Positions 50,252-63,085 of a stretch of DNA of 64,000 bases are shown in pieces. Under the pieces are notes generated by a model. That model searched no databases and had not been told where the DNA came from. It saw only the letters and a program-made list of their open reading frames with translations. Within the stretch, counting starts at the first letter, position 1; each line of letters begins with the position of its first letter. A program made the translations under genes and the position numbers. Origin of the DNA: Octopus sinensis (lineage: Eukaryota); the NCBI RefSeq assembly GCF_006345805.1, contig NC_043002.1, forward strand, positions 38,254,001 through 38,318,000, written 5' to 3'.

Positions 50252-50576
50252 CACCCACACAAGAGACGGCAGGATACATAGAAAATGTCAGCTTTTATGT
50301 CATGTCCCTCCATGTCTCGTAACCCAACAGTTCAACAAATAAATATCAACAAAATTAAATTCTTCACTGCATTAAATACTGGGTGCGATATAATCGGCCA
50401 ATTTTTTTAAGGCAGTGGCCTAATATGGCCACAAATGAAAGGCATAACAATTAAAACCATATTTAGCAGAATGTGTGTGTGTGAGGGGTGCAAAGGAACC
50501 GTTATATGTAAGTGTGAAATGACTCTGCGACATTACACTGCATGTTTGTATGTAGTCCTCCTTGTATGGGAGTGCG

Positions 50577-50607
<31 letters not shown>

Positions 50608-51680
50608 GCATTTTCGGTGTCAAGTGGTATGTCTTTGGGAGAGAAATTGGTGTTAATCCTTTGTATCATCTTTTGTTTATCAAGTATTAAAGGTTGTCGT
50701 GGTTATGTAGGATCCAATCCAAATGACAACGTAGATCAAGTAGGTACTGCAAATTTAGTGTGAATACTTGATAAGTGTAAGCATCTGTATACGCCAGCTA
50801 GTGGCAGAGGTGAGAAGGAATATATCGTTCTGTTTTTGAGTTTATTTTATATATATGTAGGTGAGAGACAGACGAAGAGTAAGAAAGAAGATAGACAAGG
50901 AGAGAATAAATAATAAGGGCACTTCTATAGCTATGTCCGAATATGTTTCGTGACTATAACATATGTTCTAACGGAAAGCAGATAAGGTACAAGTCAGACA
51001 ACAGTCTATCTAAACACAGGCGCAGGAATTCATCCAAACATATATCCACCACCACCACCACCACGACTGACACACACAGACACAGACACACACACACACA
51101 CATACACACACACGCATACACATTTACTCACATATATACAAACACATATTCACAAGCACAAACACACGCGTACTCGCACGGCACGCCCACGCGCATGCAT
51201 AGACAGTCAAACCAAGAATACACAGATCGAGATACAGAAACTTATACAAACACAGAACATGTATGCGTGTTTGTATGTATTTGTGTGTGTGCGCGCGTGC
51301 GTGTGTGTATGTGCGTGCACACCTGTACCATACAACAACAAAATGAGACTAGCGGACAGACGCACACTATCACAGGCGTACATGCATACACACACACACA
51401 CACACACACACATACACACACACAGACGTGTTTGTGTATGTATTTTTATATGTATAGATATATAGATGACTAGTAAGCAAATTTGTATATATTCTTCACC
51501 AAGTAATTTGTAATTTAGAGATGGACAAACCACCCTTTTCACCCTTGTAACACATTTTAACCATATTCTACCAGTTTCTGAACTTGTACCGTTAATATGT
51601 GAGAATTTACTGTTACCAGTACTAATTCTACATTTTTGTTGGGAATATACTACTTGCTTGAGATTTATATCAACTGCCAG

Positions 51681-51763
51681 CTATTGATTTCGAAGATGTT
51701 ATACCAAAGAATAAAAATCAGGATCTGAGTAAATTTGGGATAGTGCTTGTTAAAAAGAATTTA
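51681..51763 (+). CDS. candidate 83-bp internal exon (IDFEDVIPKNKNQDLSKFGIVLVKKNL), unverified
   Basis: CCAG| acceptor with weak pyrimidine tract, |GTAAGT donor, 27 open codons. Confidence 0.22.
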
Positions 51764-51811
51764 GTAAGTAACAGCTGTTTCCAATTACTTTCGTACCACA
51801 GATCGGTTTCA

Positions 51812-52211
51812 TGAATGACGCTCGACCTTTATTCTCTTGAAAAACGCCGCCGCCGTGGTGATCTCATTCTCGCCCACAACATCATAAGAGGAAAGTGTAA
51901 CCTCTCGAAAGAGCTGTTCTTCACTCCTGCTCCAGAGCGTCGGCTGCGGGGTCATTCCGAAAAGCTCTACCTGCGACGATTTCATCTCAATCGAAGGAGA
52001 GGAGCTTTCTCCGTCCGGGTTGCGGATCCGTGGAACAAGCTGCCAGACGAGATGGTAAAGATGCCGACGACCGCTTTGTTCAAAGCCTCCCTGGACATCA
52101 AGTGGCCTGAACTCTTTACATGAACACCACCCTGTACTTAACTCCATGTCCCCCTACATGGCCTTGCTATTTGCTTTTGAGCCAAATTAACTAACTAACT
52201 AACTAACTAAC
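51812..52211 (+). mobile_element. CR1-type LINE 3' end, 5'-truncated, relatively young
   Basis: Uninterrupted LDLYSLEKRRRRGDLI...LRGHSEKL...RRGAFSVRVADPWNKLPDEMV...LFKASLD* followed by a short 3' UTR and (TAAC)n tail. Confidence 0.92.
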
Positions 52212-55133
52212 ATGACAATTTTTCCGCGGACAGCTGATGACGTACAGAATATAAATCACAATAGCGTCTACAATATATATTTTAATTATACATACATATA
52301 TGTGTTTGTGTGTGTGCGTGTGTGCATAATATATATTTTAATTATTGCATATATATGTGCGTGTGTATGTGTGTGTGCCAGTGTGGTAAGAAGCTTGCTC
52401 CCCAACCACATTACTCCGGGTTCAGTCGCGCTGCGTGGCACCTTGGGCAAGTGTCATCTACTATAGCCTACCATACACACATATATATATATATATGTAT
52501 GTATTACACGTATATGTGTAATATAATATTGTGATACTCTTTATAAGTTAACAAGTGAAGATGTTAGAGCTGAGCTTGGGTAGAACCTAGAATGATGAAA
52601 ATTAAAATCGTAGAAAGTTGAAGAGTACTTTCAAATCCTGCAAAGCTGCGATGTTCAAATTGGAGGTTATGAGAAGTATGTGCAAAGTTAAAGAACGGTT
52701 CAGAGGGAATTAACAGAGGTTTTTGCCAACTTGAAAATTTTGACAAAAATCCAATGACCTGTCATTGACAAGTGAAATAATAATGCAATAAATACTTCCT
52801 TTAGATCATTAAAAGATTACATTTTCCACAACACAAAATTTATTAACAATAAACATTGTACTCTTTTTTGATAATATATTCTCAGCACTACGCTCATTAT
52901 TTTCTCCTTCACCACGACGTATACCATACCACCCACGTACTCTTCATTTTAAACATATATCATTCTCACTAAAATTGCAATTTACCAGAGAATATAGTAC
53001 CACTAATTTATCTACGAGCTAGTAAAAGCGATCAAATCTGATTTATATCACACTATATTTAAGAGAAGAAAAAACATACACACTATATAATATATAAATA
53101 AGCCGTATCTGAAAAGAGTCTGAATTTTCATGACAGGAGCACCGTTAAATTTGGTTCTGCTTAACGAGAAATGATTTAGGTTTCACTTAAACAGTTCTAA
53201 CCACGAGGCAACTATGAAACCTCAGCTGACATTATTACCTATTTGAATTACCTAAATTCATAACTTTTGTCCATGGACGTTATATAATTAGATAATTTGA
53301 TTTGGGTTACACACTATTCTTGAAAAACGATATTAACATCTTCAGTTCCTTTAACAATAAATATCTCCGATTAGGTCCGAAGTGAAGTTAATCAACAATA
53401 ATACAGACAACAATAATTCAACCGCTCATATCTTATTATGACCTGAACACGTTTCTTCTTACAGCACATAAGTTATTATCACCTATATACACTTTAACTT
53501 TTACATGTCACTTTTCCATTCGCATCATTACATTTTTCACAGTAAATACAAATTCTATTAGCAGGTTTTTGAAATTCGCAACTATAGTTACAATACATAT
53601 GACCTGCAAATTTACTTTTCAGCTAAGTTTCTTTTCTTTGATTCTTGATGTCATAAGCTATTTGCGTATATCTGTGTCTACTTTTCTCTTTATATTTTCA
53701 TGTAAGTCACTCTGCCGCTAATCTCAGAAAGTACCTGCTGAGGAAACTTTTCTCATTAACACAGGAAGGCCATTAAACGGCTACAGTTACCCGCATAATA
53801 TTCAGAATTATTCTATGTTGTATAAGTAAAATCGTATTTCGTGCTAGTGTTCTCACTTCTCACTTGCCGATGCACACGCAAACCGTTTGTTCACATACAC
53901 ACACACACGCATATGCATACGCACATCCACTCATACACACACATGTGTATATGTATCTGTATGCAAACCTAACACTAGAAAGGAATTACCAATATCATCG
54001 TCTATCGACTACAAATTCACTGCATTTACCCGCATAATATTCAGAATTATTCTTTGTTGTATAAGTAAAATAGTATTTCGTGCTAGTGTGCATGAATTTA
54101 CGATTCATGCGATAACACTAAGTATTGGAATAACTTTCTGATTGTTGTTGTTTTTCTATTTGTAACTCTAGTTACAAATAGAACGCTAGTGAATTATCTA
54201 GTAACTGTTACAATTCAATTCTTTTTGATTTGATTTTGAATGGAGTCACATCACGATATGTTCTGATGCAATTAATGAGAGCTTAATAAATATTAATAAA
54301 TTATAACAAATAATATTTCATACTACAAATTATAAAAAAATATTAGAATTAGAAAAACATGTTTCAGATACAGGAATAAGAATCCAGCCAAAGATCCTTC
54401 GGGGGAGGTGGGTTCAGTCTTCTTTGAAATTACTACCCTTTCAAACTGTCTTAACTTGAACCGCCTACTGGAAAATATTTCTCCTATCAACAGATTCTAT
54501 TATACATTACTGTGAGCATAAGGAGCCTGAATTTAGAAAAAAAATATTAATGATCAAGTTTCTTTAGGCGTCAGCTATTCGGCAGAGCAAATTGAAGAAT
54601 CAATCATATTTTAATCTGGACAGTTTCATTGCAAATAAGAAGAGAAATATTCTTTCAGAATATCACCTGGTTAAAGATAATTATTTTACTGTCAGCTTTA
54701 AAATTCAAATGATTATGTGTCAGCCAATAGCAAGTTAGTAGATCACTTTATGCTTCTTAATACAGCAATGAAAGCGATGCCTAGAACTGTGTATTTGTAC
54801 GTATATCAAATTATTCATATGATTTGTTCCATTCGCTTTGTCATAAATATAGTTATATTCTAAGATATTTAATAAAATATGTGGGGATATGACTGATTGA
54901 AATTTGACTGAATGAAAAATAAAATCACTAGCAGATATTTAAATATAAATACGGAAAATAATTTTAGCAATTTTAAGTTACTAATTCATTTAATTGATAA
55001 ACATTTCTTTTTATTTAATCACATAAAGGAGGCGTGCTGGCAGTTTCGTTGGCACGGTGTAATCAACTTGTCCTCTTCCCCCAAAATGTCAGATCTCGTG
55101 TCTATTGTAGAAAGGATTATTTGATATCATAAG

Positions 55134-55450
55134 CGCAGCGAGCAGGCAGAATCGTTAGCACACCAGGCGAAATGCTTGCGGTATTTCGTCTGCCGTTACG
55201 TTCTGAGTTCAAATTCAACCGAGGTCGACTTTGCCTTTCATTCTTTCGGAGGCGATTAAATAAGTACCAGTTACGCACTGGGATCGATATAATCGACTTA
55301 ATCCGTTTGTCTGTCCTCGTTTGTCCTCTCTGTGTTTAGCCCAATGCGGGTAGCAAAGAAACAGGTATTTCGTCCGTCTTTACGCTCTGGGTTTATATCC
55401 ATCGCTGTCGACTTTGACTTTCATCCTTTCGTGATTGACAAAATAACGAC
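55134..55450 (+). mobile_element. family C SINE joined to a headless older body
   Basis: A full copy ends ...AAAGAAACAG at 55364 and runs directly into GTATTTCGTCCGTCTTTACG, the same junction as at 8406/8407 and 8590/8591. Confidence 0.85.
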
Positions 55451-55941
55451 TTACCTTGTTCATGATTATTATTAGAAAGAATTTAATATTTAATCTCGTA
55501 AAAGCGGCCAGCTAGCAGAATCCTTAGTGCGTCGGACGTAAGTACTAGCTGGATTTTTCTGGCTGCTTACGCTCCAAGTTCATATTTCACTTCGGTTGAC
55601 TTTACCTTCCTAACATTACGAGATAGATAAACAAATCTCTGTTGAGCACTAATATCGATTTAATCGAGTTAAACCTCTCTTTAAAATTGCTGTCTTTATG
55701 CCAAAATTTCAGACTATTGTCTAATCACGTAAAAGCGGCGAGCTGGTAAGATTTTTAGAGCATTGGAAAAATGCATCGTGAGATTTTTCTAAGATCAACT
55801 ACATAGACACCAAAAAAAAAGAAGCCAGCTATCCAAGTAATGATAGAAGATTGTGTAGACCATATCAATACGGCCTCCATATTAGACTTAAGGACTGCGG
55901 GCCCAACTTTCTTTCCAGGCTAAAAAAATCCCCGAAGGGAG

Positions 55942-56874
55942 GGATATACTAAAGTAAGTTTAGCTGTCACTCACTATCCCACCTGCACAGTGAAAAGCAT
56001 ACCTGTTCCATGGATTGCGATGATTCCCTCATACACTACCTTGATGTCATCTTCTCGGTCATGCGGAAGGGATTTATTATAGTGCTACATCAGTGACCAA
56101 GAAGCCTGCAAATTACACCCCCATTTGATATCGTAGATTTTACCCTTCAGAACTGAAATCCCTTCTTGCTGGAAGCTCTGGCCTTCTGCAAACAAATTAC
56201 TAAAAGTAGCAATCATGTTATCAGAATGATTATGAATGTATGGACGCTACTCTTACACAAGGCTCTTTCTTACCAGAAAAAAAAAACCAGGAAAGGGACC
56301 ATTAATTTTTGACGTATCACTTCCGGCATCACTTGCTACAATAGAAACACACAAAACCACACATTCTACGCTCCAGACCCGAACTTGTAACTGTCAAAGT
56401 CATCCCAACTGTTCTCTAGGAAGATCCTTCCTCATAAAGGCTGTAGTCTATAAATCTATTCTCACTCTACCTGGTGTGACACTACATGAACATAAGAGAC
56501 AATGATTTCAAAAAACAATTTATGAAATTCATGCACTCCTTCAGGTGTAGGAACAAGCAACACTCCACATCTCTTCCGTTTCGACTTTGGAAACCCTGAG
56601 ATCAAGGAAACCACTTCCCCAAAAGTGCGTGAAGCATCCTTGTGAAGCATCACATCTTATAAACCAGGGGTACATATTTTCCACTGCATCAAATAAGAAT
56701 AAAGCCAGTTTTTTCTATTGATATCACCAGAGATAACCCCTGTTTATGAGCCTCAAAATATTAGCATGATGACCAGGATATACTAAAGTAAGCTTAGCTG
56801 TCACTCACCAACCCACCTGTACAGTGAAAAGCATGTAATACCTGTTGCATGGATTGCGATGATTCCCCCATACA
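55942..56874 (+). mobile_element. Penelope-like element remnant: GIY-YIG region between direct pseudo-LTRs
   Basis: ~95-bp direct repeats at 55942-56035 and 56776-56874; decayed frames RTCNCQSHPNCSLGRSFLIKAVVYK and DFKKQFMKFMHSFR...STSLPFRLWK...SIL fit the PLE CNC..CPL..CL..VVY / FK.R...H..SF...T.LS..IW pattern. Confidence 0.7.
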
Positions 56875-57789
56875 ATGTACTCGTTACTGAAGTCTCTACT
56901 GTCAAGCGTCAGTCAATATTTTCAAAAAGCATTGTTGTTAGTTCTGCACGCGGTAAATGTTGTCGTTGGAATACTACACCTCCCGGAGCGGTTACTGACA
57001 ATGTATCGGCTCTGCAATATACAGGATGAAATATAAGTGATGTCACTGGCTAGCTGAATTACCCACGTGACCTGAACTGGCAAATAAGGACTTAAGCATC
57101 CTCACCTAGAAACTGTTTTAAAAAGGTTTTTTTACATTCTCGCCACTCTGACATTGTATATGTGACAAAGAGGACACATACATATAGATGTTCGATTCTT
57201 AATGCATTTGACTAAATGGTTTTAGTTATTCTTGTTTATCAAAGGTAGGTGAATGCAATTTGTTTCCTCCTATCCAAAATTTTTTTTAAAATTTTTTCTC
57301 CGTTGCTTCTATAATGTTATTTATTATGTATGATGTGTGATTTAAACTTAGTGATCGTCCTGCTATATACTGTCTCTGGCAAATTCTTCGTTTCTTTTAA
57401 ATTTTCTAATTATCGATTCGTTTATTTTATATATTTTTTTGCAGTTTTTTAAATATAATTTTCTTTTGTAATGAAATTGATTTTCTTGTCCGTTTTTGGC
57501 TTGACATTTCCAACTCTCTCATTCAATCTCAAAACTATTTAGCAAAATGTAAGACACAAGTTTAAATTGAATGCTAGTTTCGGTGTAGGCTAAATCATTA
57601 CTGCAGATGGATGGAAATAAGCATTAAGATGGTACTTCTAAATTGATTGCTGTTATCGTGTTGTTGATGCCGATAGCTTTCTATATAGGGTTGTGTCATT
57701 CATTTCAAATTTCTTTATTTCGCCTTCTTCTAACATGGGAACTCATATGACTCTGAAGACTTAAATTTGTTTCAAGCATTTCATGACAA

Positions 57790-58490
57790 CCTTTGTACAA
57801 GATTATTGCTTGCTTTTTTTATACATCAAGGTTAGTTAGCTTTCTCTTCCACATATGTTGTCTGTGGTTCTCTTCGTTTCCTTGTCTCGCTCAAAGAGAT
57901 CGTAGTGAAGAGGATAAGGATCCTTCTGTTGCTTTCTATCCTCCGCGATAGTCTCGAACGTCTCTGGTTGGCTGCTACAGAATATCAAGTTCAACTTGAG
58001 GCAGTCTCTGAGTGACAGCTGTATCCATCAGACTGATGTTTACAATCCATCAAACTGCCAGTTCACAATAAAACATGACCTTCGGTAGTTACTGAATGTT
58101 CGTCCCTTGACCATGTCTAAATTAACATAGCTGATGCCTCACTTTCATTATTACTTCGATGATTTTCAGTTCGGTTTCTTCAAGTACATAGATTTTGTCT
58201 TCTTAATTTGTCCAAGTGAATAAGAAGAAATGAGTGAAGTTTTGTTTAATGGAACTGTTCAAGCTTTTTGATGCGATGTCAATAAAGAATAGGCCACATC
58301 TTCCACGCACAAGTAAATGTGTTGATACTTATCCCTTGCTACATGGACAGCATAGTGGTTTTAAGTTGAGGGATCTTGAACCCTTTTTAATCGAAACCAT
58401 ATACTACAGTTAGAGCTGCACTAACCCTCTTCTTGATCTAATTGTCGATGGTCGCATTTGAAAATAGTATGGAACCAAATTATGGAAAGA
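57790..58490 (-). mobile_element. RTE/BovB-like LINE 3' remnant, heavily decayed
   Basis: Minus frames FGSILFSNATIDN*IKKRVSAA, RIKKLEQFH, LRDCLKLN...ETFETIAEDR...LFE. Confidence 0.7.
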
Positions 58491-58744
58491 AAAGAAATGT
58501 TCTATCAGGTTTTTGCTAATAATCATTTCGATGTTTTCTGGGGTGCATCAAACAGAAATAAGAAAACATCAGGGAAAACAATATATGTGCTAAAGTGGAA
58601 ATTCATAAATTGTATAAAGCCAAAGAATAACTGTCTTGCTATGTATATGTGCTTGTGTGCATGTAAGAATGCATACACCACGCATACACGCACACAAACA
58701 CAAACACGCATATACGTACATACATACCGGTATATATATATATA

Positions 58745-58803
58745 TAGGTCATATAACCCCAAAAATATATATATATATATATATTTATATATAAAAATAT
58801 ATA

Positions 58804-58855
<52 letters not shown>

Positions 58856-59446
58856 CCCCAAAAATATCGAAGCATACACCACAATCATACAAAACCTCAG
58901 TCTACTGTCAACAGACCCAAAAATGAAAAACATTATAAATACACACAAAATCCTCAAATGCAAAAGGCAACACAATCTTTAAAAAAACTCTTGACAAATG
59001 CCAAACTTCACACACCACATCCACCCCCAACAGTAAAAAAATGTGCACGCTCAAACTGTGGTACCTGCCCCTTTCTACTTGAAGGCTCTGAATTTACCTT
59101 CAAACAAGGTACGAAGTTTAAAATCAAGACTAACTTCTCCTGTTCCTCCGAGAACCTTATCTACGTTCTCACATGCGCTGGTTGCCAACATAATTATGTT
59201 GGACAAACGAGTCTCCCGTTACGTAAACGAGTAACGGTGCATAAAGAACAAATAAATCTCCCGGAATACCGACAAATTCCACTGAGTGACCACTTAGACT
59301 CATGTGCTAAAGACTTAAACCCCAAATTCTATATATTCCCCTTCTACCAATGTAAAGACAGGATCACCACACAGGAGAGAATTAACAAGGAGAATCTCTT
59401 TATTGAAAAATTCCAAACACAACTTAATATGCAAACTCCTCGTTGA
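58745..59446 (+). pseudogene. Penelope-like (Neptune-type) GIY-YIG endonuclease region
   Basis: YNPKN...IIQNL...KCKRQ, then a 1-bp frameshift, then QSLKKLLTNAK...CARSNCGTC...FSCSSENLIYVLTCAGCQHNYVGQT...RKRVTVH...RINKENLFIEKFQTQLN*; Cys-rich linker plus LIY/YVG catalytic motifs. Confidence 0.92.
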
Positions 59447-60008
59447 TCAAACTTCCTTTCTCTACCTCACTCTTCATGGATGGACTAACACAAATATATA
59501 AAGATACCATGCATTCATCACTTCAAGCTAAAACTTATATTCTTTAAATATCATTTTTACTATTGTTGTTATTACTATCATTTTTATTATAAATGATATG
59601 ACAATTTGAAATGCAATTGTCTATGCAGATTTATATTATTAGAAAATAATATAAATAAAGTGTTAAAATCTGAAAGTTAAGTTAACAAGCAATTATATAA
59701 AAAAGATAATGCAAATGAAGCTAAAATGATAGTTTTATAATTTGGGTTTTATTGAAGAACTCAAAAGAGTTGTCTCCCCTTACCCACAACACAGGAACTG
59801 AAGAACCAGGACCACAATTACTACTACTTCCTGTCCTGCAACATGCTGAATTTAACAACACAACACATCACATGCTCTTAAACCCTTTGGATCTTAACAC
59901 CTCAAGGTAATTTTTGAATAAATATATATATATATATTTTATCATTTCCCATTTTATTAAAATTTTCTTTCATTTGAGCATTCTGCTTTTTTAAAAAAAT
60001 TTTTCCTT

Positions 60009-60052
<44 letters not shown>

Positions 60053-60371
60053 TTTATGCATGTAAGTACATATATTAAATGTTAATGGCAAGAATAGTTC
60101 TGAGTAATTTAACAAGTATTTTTTGTAATTGATGCATTGAGCACATAAATTGTCGTTCTGTTCCAGATGAGACACTGATATTCCGTGTCTTCATTACGAT
60201 CGTTCGTTTCAATGATCTCACAAAACAAGATAAACAATTCCTTTTATATAAAAAAATTATATCGTTCTTTTATTTTTATAAAACAATCATTTCAGGAAAA
60301 GTTCTCGAAATATAAAGCCACGAAGAACATATTGTTCTTCTATATCACAAATATACATAGATGCATGTATG

Positions 60372-60408
<37 letters not shown>

Positions 60409-60459
60409 TTGTGTATGTGTGTGTGTGTATAACAATTTTAAATTTAAAAACACAGTTAA

Positions 60460-60698
60460 ATTTACCTTCTAGGGTCATACCGACTCAGAAGGGCCGTTCC
60501 CTGATTTCATGACGTATATATATTCACCTTGGATAGGAAGTTTGTCTGTTGCAGAATTACTCACTTTAAGAGCTGAGTGGACAACATGAAATGAAGTGCT
60601 TGGCTCAAGAACACAGCACATCGCCCGGTCCAGAAATGGAAGGTATAATCTTCTGATCATGAATCCAACATTCTAACCACGAAGCCACGCGCCTCCAC
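60460..60698 (-). mobile_element. tRNA-derived SINE (family B), degenerate
   Basis: Minus strand GTGGAGGCGCGTGGCTTCGTGGTTAG head and CTTGAGCCAAGCACTTCATTTCATGTTGTCCACTCAGCT core. Confidence 0.75.
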
Positions 60699-60729
60699 AA
60701 CTGCATATGCATACGTGTGTGTGTGCGTG

Positions 60730-60769
<40 letters not shown>

Positions 60770-60809
60770 TATGTGTGTGCGCGTGTGTGTGTGCTGTATA
60801 TGTGTATTA

Positions 60810-61383
60810 AAGTAATGTTTGTCGCTACATGAACCTGGCTGTACCATAAGAACAGTCGTTAATGCAATTTTTAACCCCAAGAAGACATCCCGTCTAGCTG
60901 GTTAACGATACAACCTGCAGCCGATATATTGCAAGAAGGGGAGCGATGCCTTAGCTTCGGGCTATTTCTGCCCCTTCCTCAATGCTTGACACCTTGTTTG
61001 CTAGAGATTTCAGTAGTTCGCTCGTTTCCAGTATATAAAAATTTAAGTGACATTCAGATGCTGATCTTGCAACAAGCACAGTAGCTGCTTATAATAATTT
61101 CTGTAAGACATGAAAGCAGTAACTGTACTGGCAAGTAATGTTTGTCGACACATCAACGGGGACGTTGCATAAGAAAGGACGTTACTGCGAATTTTTAATC
61201 CCAAGAAGACATCTCTAGCTGGTTAACGATGCAACCCGCAGCCGATATATTGCAAGCAGGGAGGCGAACTCCTTCTACCCTCTAGCGACAGGACCAGCAA
61301 ACCAGCCCAGTTTCAGTGCTGGACACCTTATCTGCTAGAGATGGCAGTAGTTCGCTCAAGTTTCCAATATATAAAAATTCAAG
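60810..61383. repeat. two diverged ~240-bp direct repeats of unknown type
   Basis: 60810-61047 and 61133-61383 share AAGTAATGTTTGTCG, TTTTTAA.CCCAAGAAGACATC, CTAGCTGGTTAACGAT.CAACC.GCAGCCGATATATTGCAAG and GCTAGAGAT..CAGTAGTTCGCTC. Confidence 0.85.
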
Positions 61384-61416
61384 CCACACACGTGTGTGTG
61401 TGTGTGTGGTCGACAC

Positions 61417-61664
61417 TGTTATGTCCTTCTTTGAACTCACTGCATATGCCAATTTATAACTTGGACTTATAACAAGGTTATAACAATACAATAATAAATC
61501 AGAAACAACACGTAACAAACAATATCTCTTCTCAACGACTTCTGTAACTTTCTTCACAAAGCGCCTGCACATACTACATTGTCTCTTTACTGATAGTGCG
61601 CATGCACCTTTATACGGTTTAGGACAGTTGACTTCCTATCCCACAGGGTGATTTCAACACAACA
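61417..61664. mobile_element. possible solo LTR
   Basis: 248 bp bounded by TGTT...AACA, with TATAAA on the minus strand and AATAAA on the plus strand; no target-site duplication found. Confidence 0.3.
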
Positions 61665-62355
61665 GTGTGTGTGTGTCTGTGTGTGTGTTTCTGTGTGTGT
61701 TTGCATGTGCGTAAGAGTGTGAGGTTTTTTTGCTTTCATTGTAAAAAGATAGTACTACTTTTCTGCAGTGAAGAGTTGTCAACAGGTTGGTTACACAAAC
61801 CAGGTGTAGCATAATGCAGTGATGCTCATATTTCGAAGATAGTTATTGCAAATGTTTTTGTTTGCATCCAAGAAAAGTCCTAACTCAATTTACGCGATGA
61901 AATCTTTTACACACAGACACACCGTATCTTCCAGCTGCCTCTTCTCCACTTATCACAACACTTCCTGATGCTCTGAAATAAGAAGTTGCATACCATCCCC
62001 TCTCAGGCTCACCTTGATCATTTTCTTATTTTTTCCCAACAAACCTACGGTGTTTTATGTACAAAGCACCGCTCCAAATATTTCGCATAAACATTTCCCG
62101 TTTGTTTCAATGCATAAACACTGGAACTCTATTGCTAGGCATGCTTTTTATTCCTACAACTTGAACGGTAAACTTCAAACTGAGAGAGAACGTCAGCCAT
62201 CTCAACAGTTTGTAAGAAAGAGTTGCAACGTGATACAAAACATCCTTTACTAATTGAAGTGATCATATCAAATTGTATCCTTCTCCTTTATGTTGGTTTC
62301 AGTACATTTCTCTCTCTGTTTCTGCATCCATTCATAAACTCACTAACAGTTGCAT

Positions 62356-62417
<62 letters not shown>

Positions 62418-62539
62418 TTCACACGCACATACATACTCTCTTATACACACACGCACCTTTGTGTTGGGGGTCATCTTTACGTTGTTATCTCCCCTACTTT
62501 CCTCCTCGTGTTTGACCCTTCAGTCCCGCACTAGTCGCC

Positions 62540-62721
62540 ATGATAGATCGTTAGCCACTACAAACATTTTTTTCTCTCCTTGTTTTTTCTGTGTCCCTTT
62601 CTGTAGAAGAGCGTAGGCTCAAACGTAAAATACTTTTTCTATTCCTGAGCGTTATACTAATACATCTGTTTGTTTTGTACACCACCTGTTTTCGTCTTTT
62701 GTTATTTTCGTAAACTCTCCC
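62540..62721 (+). mobile_element. short repeat family D with CTGTAGA hammerhead-like motif
   Basis: TTT-CTGTAGA-A-GAGC-GTAG-GCTC-(G missing)AAA-C-GT-A-AAA at 62598-62630; homologous to 14020-14160; ends in (TA)n. Confidence 0.65.
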
Positions 62722-62738
62722 TATATATATATATATAT

Positions 62739-63085
62739 ATGGGTACGAGAATACCCCCCACCTTTGCTAACTTAGTCATGAGGTACCTAGAAATCGCTCT
62801 TTATCGTAACGTACTAGAAAAATGCAGAAACCCATTCGCCTTTACATAGAAAATAACTGTAAGAGATATCTAGATGATTGCTCCATTCTTTGGCATGAGA
62901 GTATAGAGTGACTTAAAGAATTTCAAGCACTTCTAAATGGACTTGACATAAACATTCAATTTACGATAGAATATAGCCATCAACAACTTCCATTCCTTGC
63001 ATCCTCATTTAGAAATCCAACAGCAAAATAGAAACAGACACATGCTATAAGCCCACGGACTCCAAGCAATAAATAGCGTTCAACT
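62739..63085 (+). pseudogene. Penelope-like reverse transcriptase core fragment
   Basis: MGTRIPPTFANLVM...KRYLDDCSILW...NIQFTIEYSHQQLPFL...IETDTCYKPTDSKQ, with stops and frameshifts. Confidence 0.9.

Noticed and set aside
54414-54467. Pre-miRNA-like hairpin
   Set aside because: Only two short helices (GGTTCA/TGAACC, TTTGAAA/TTTCAAA) separated by a large asymmetric loop; no known mature miRNA recognised.
56762-56795. Hammerhead at the pseudo-LTR junction (AGC-ATGATGA...TAAAGTA-AGCT)
   Set aside because: Two core substitutions and no stem II; too degenerate to call.
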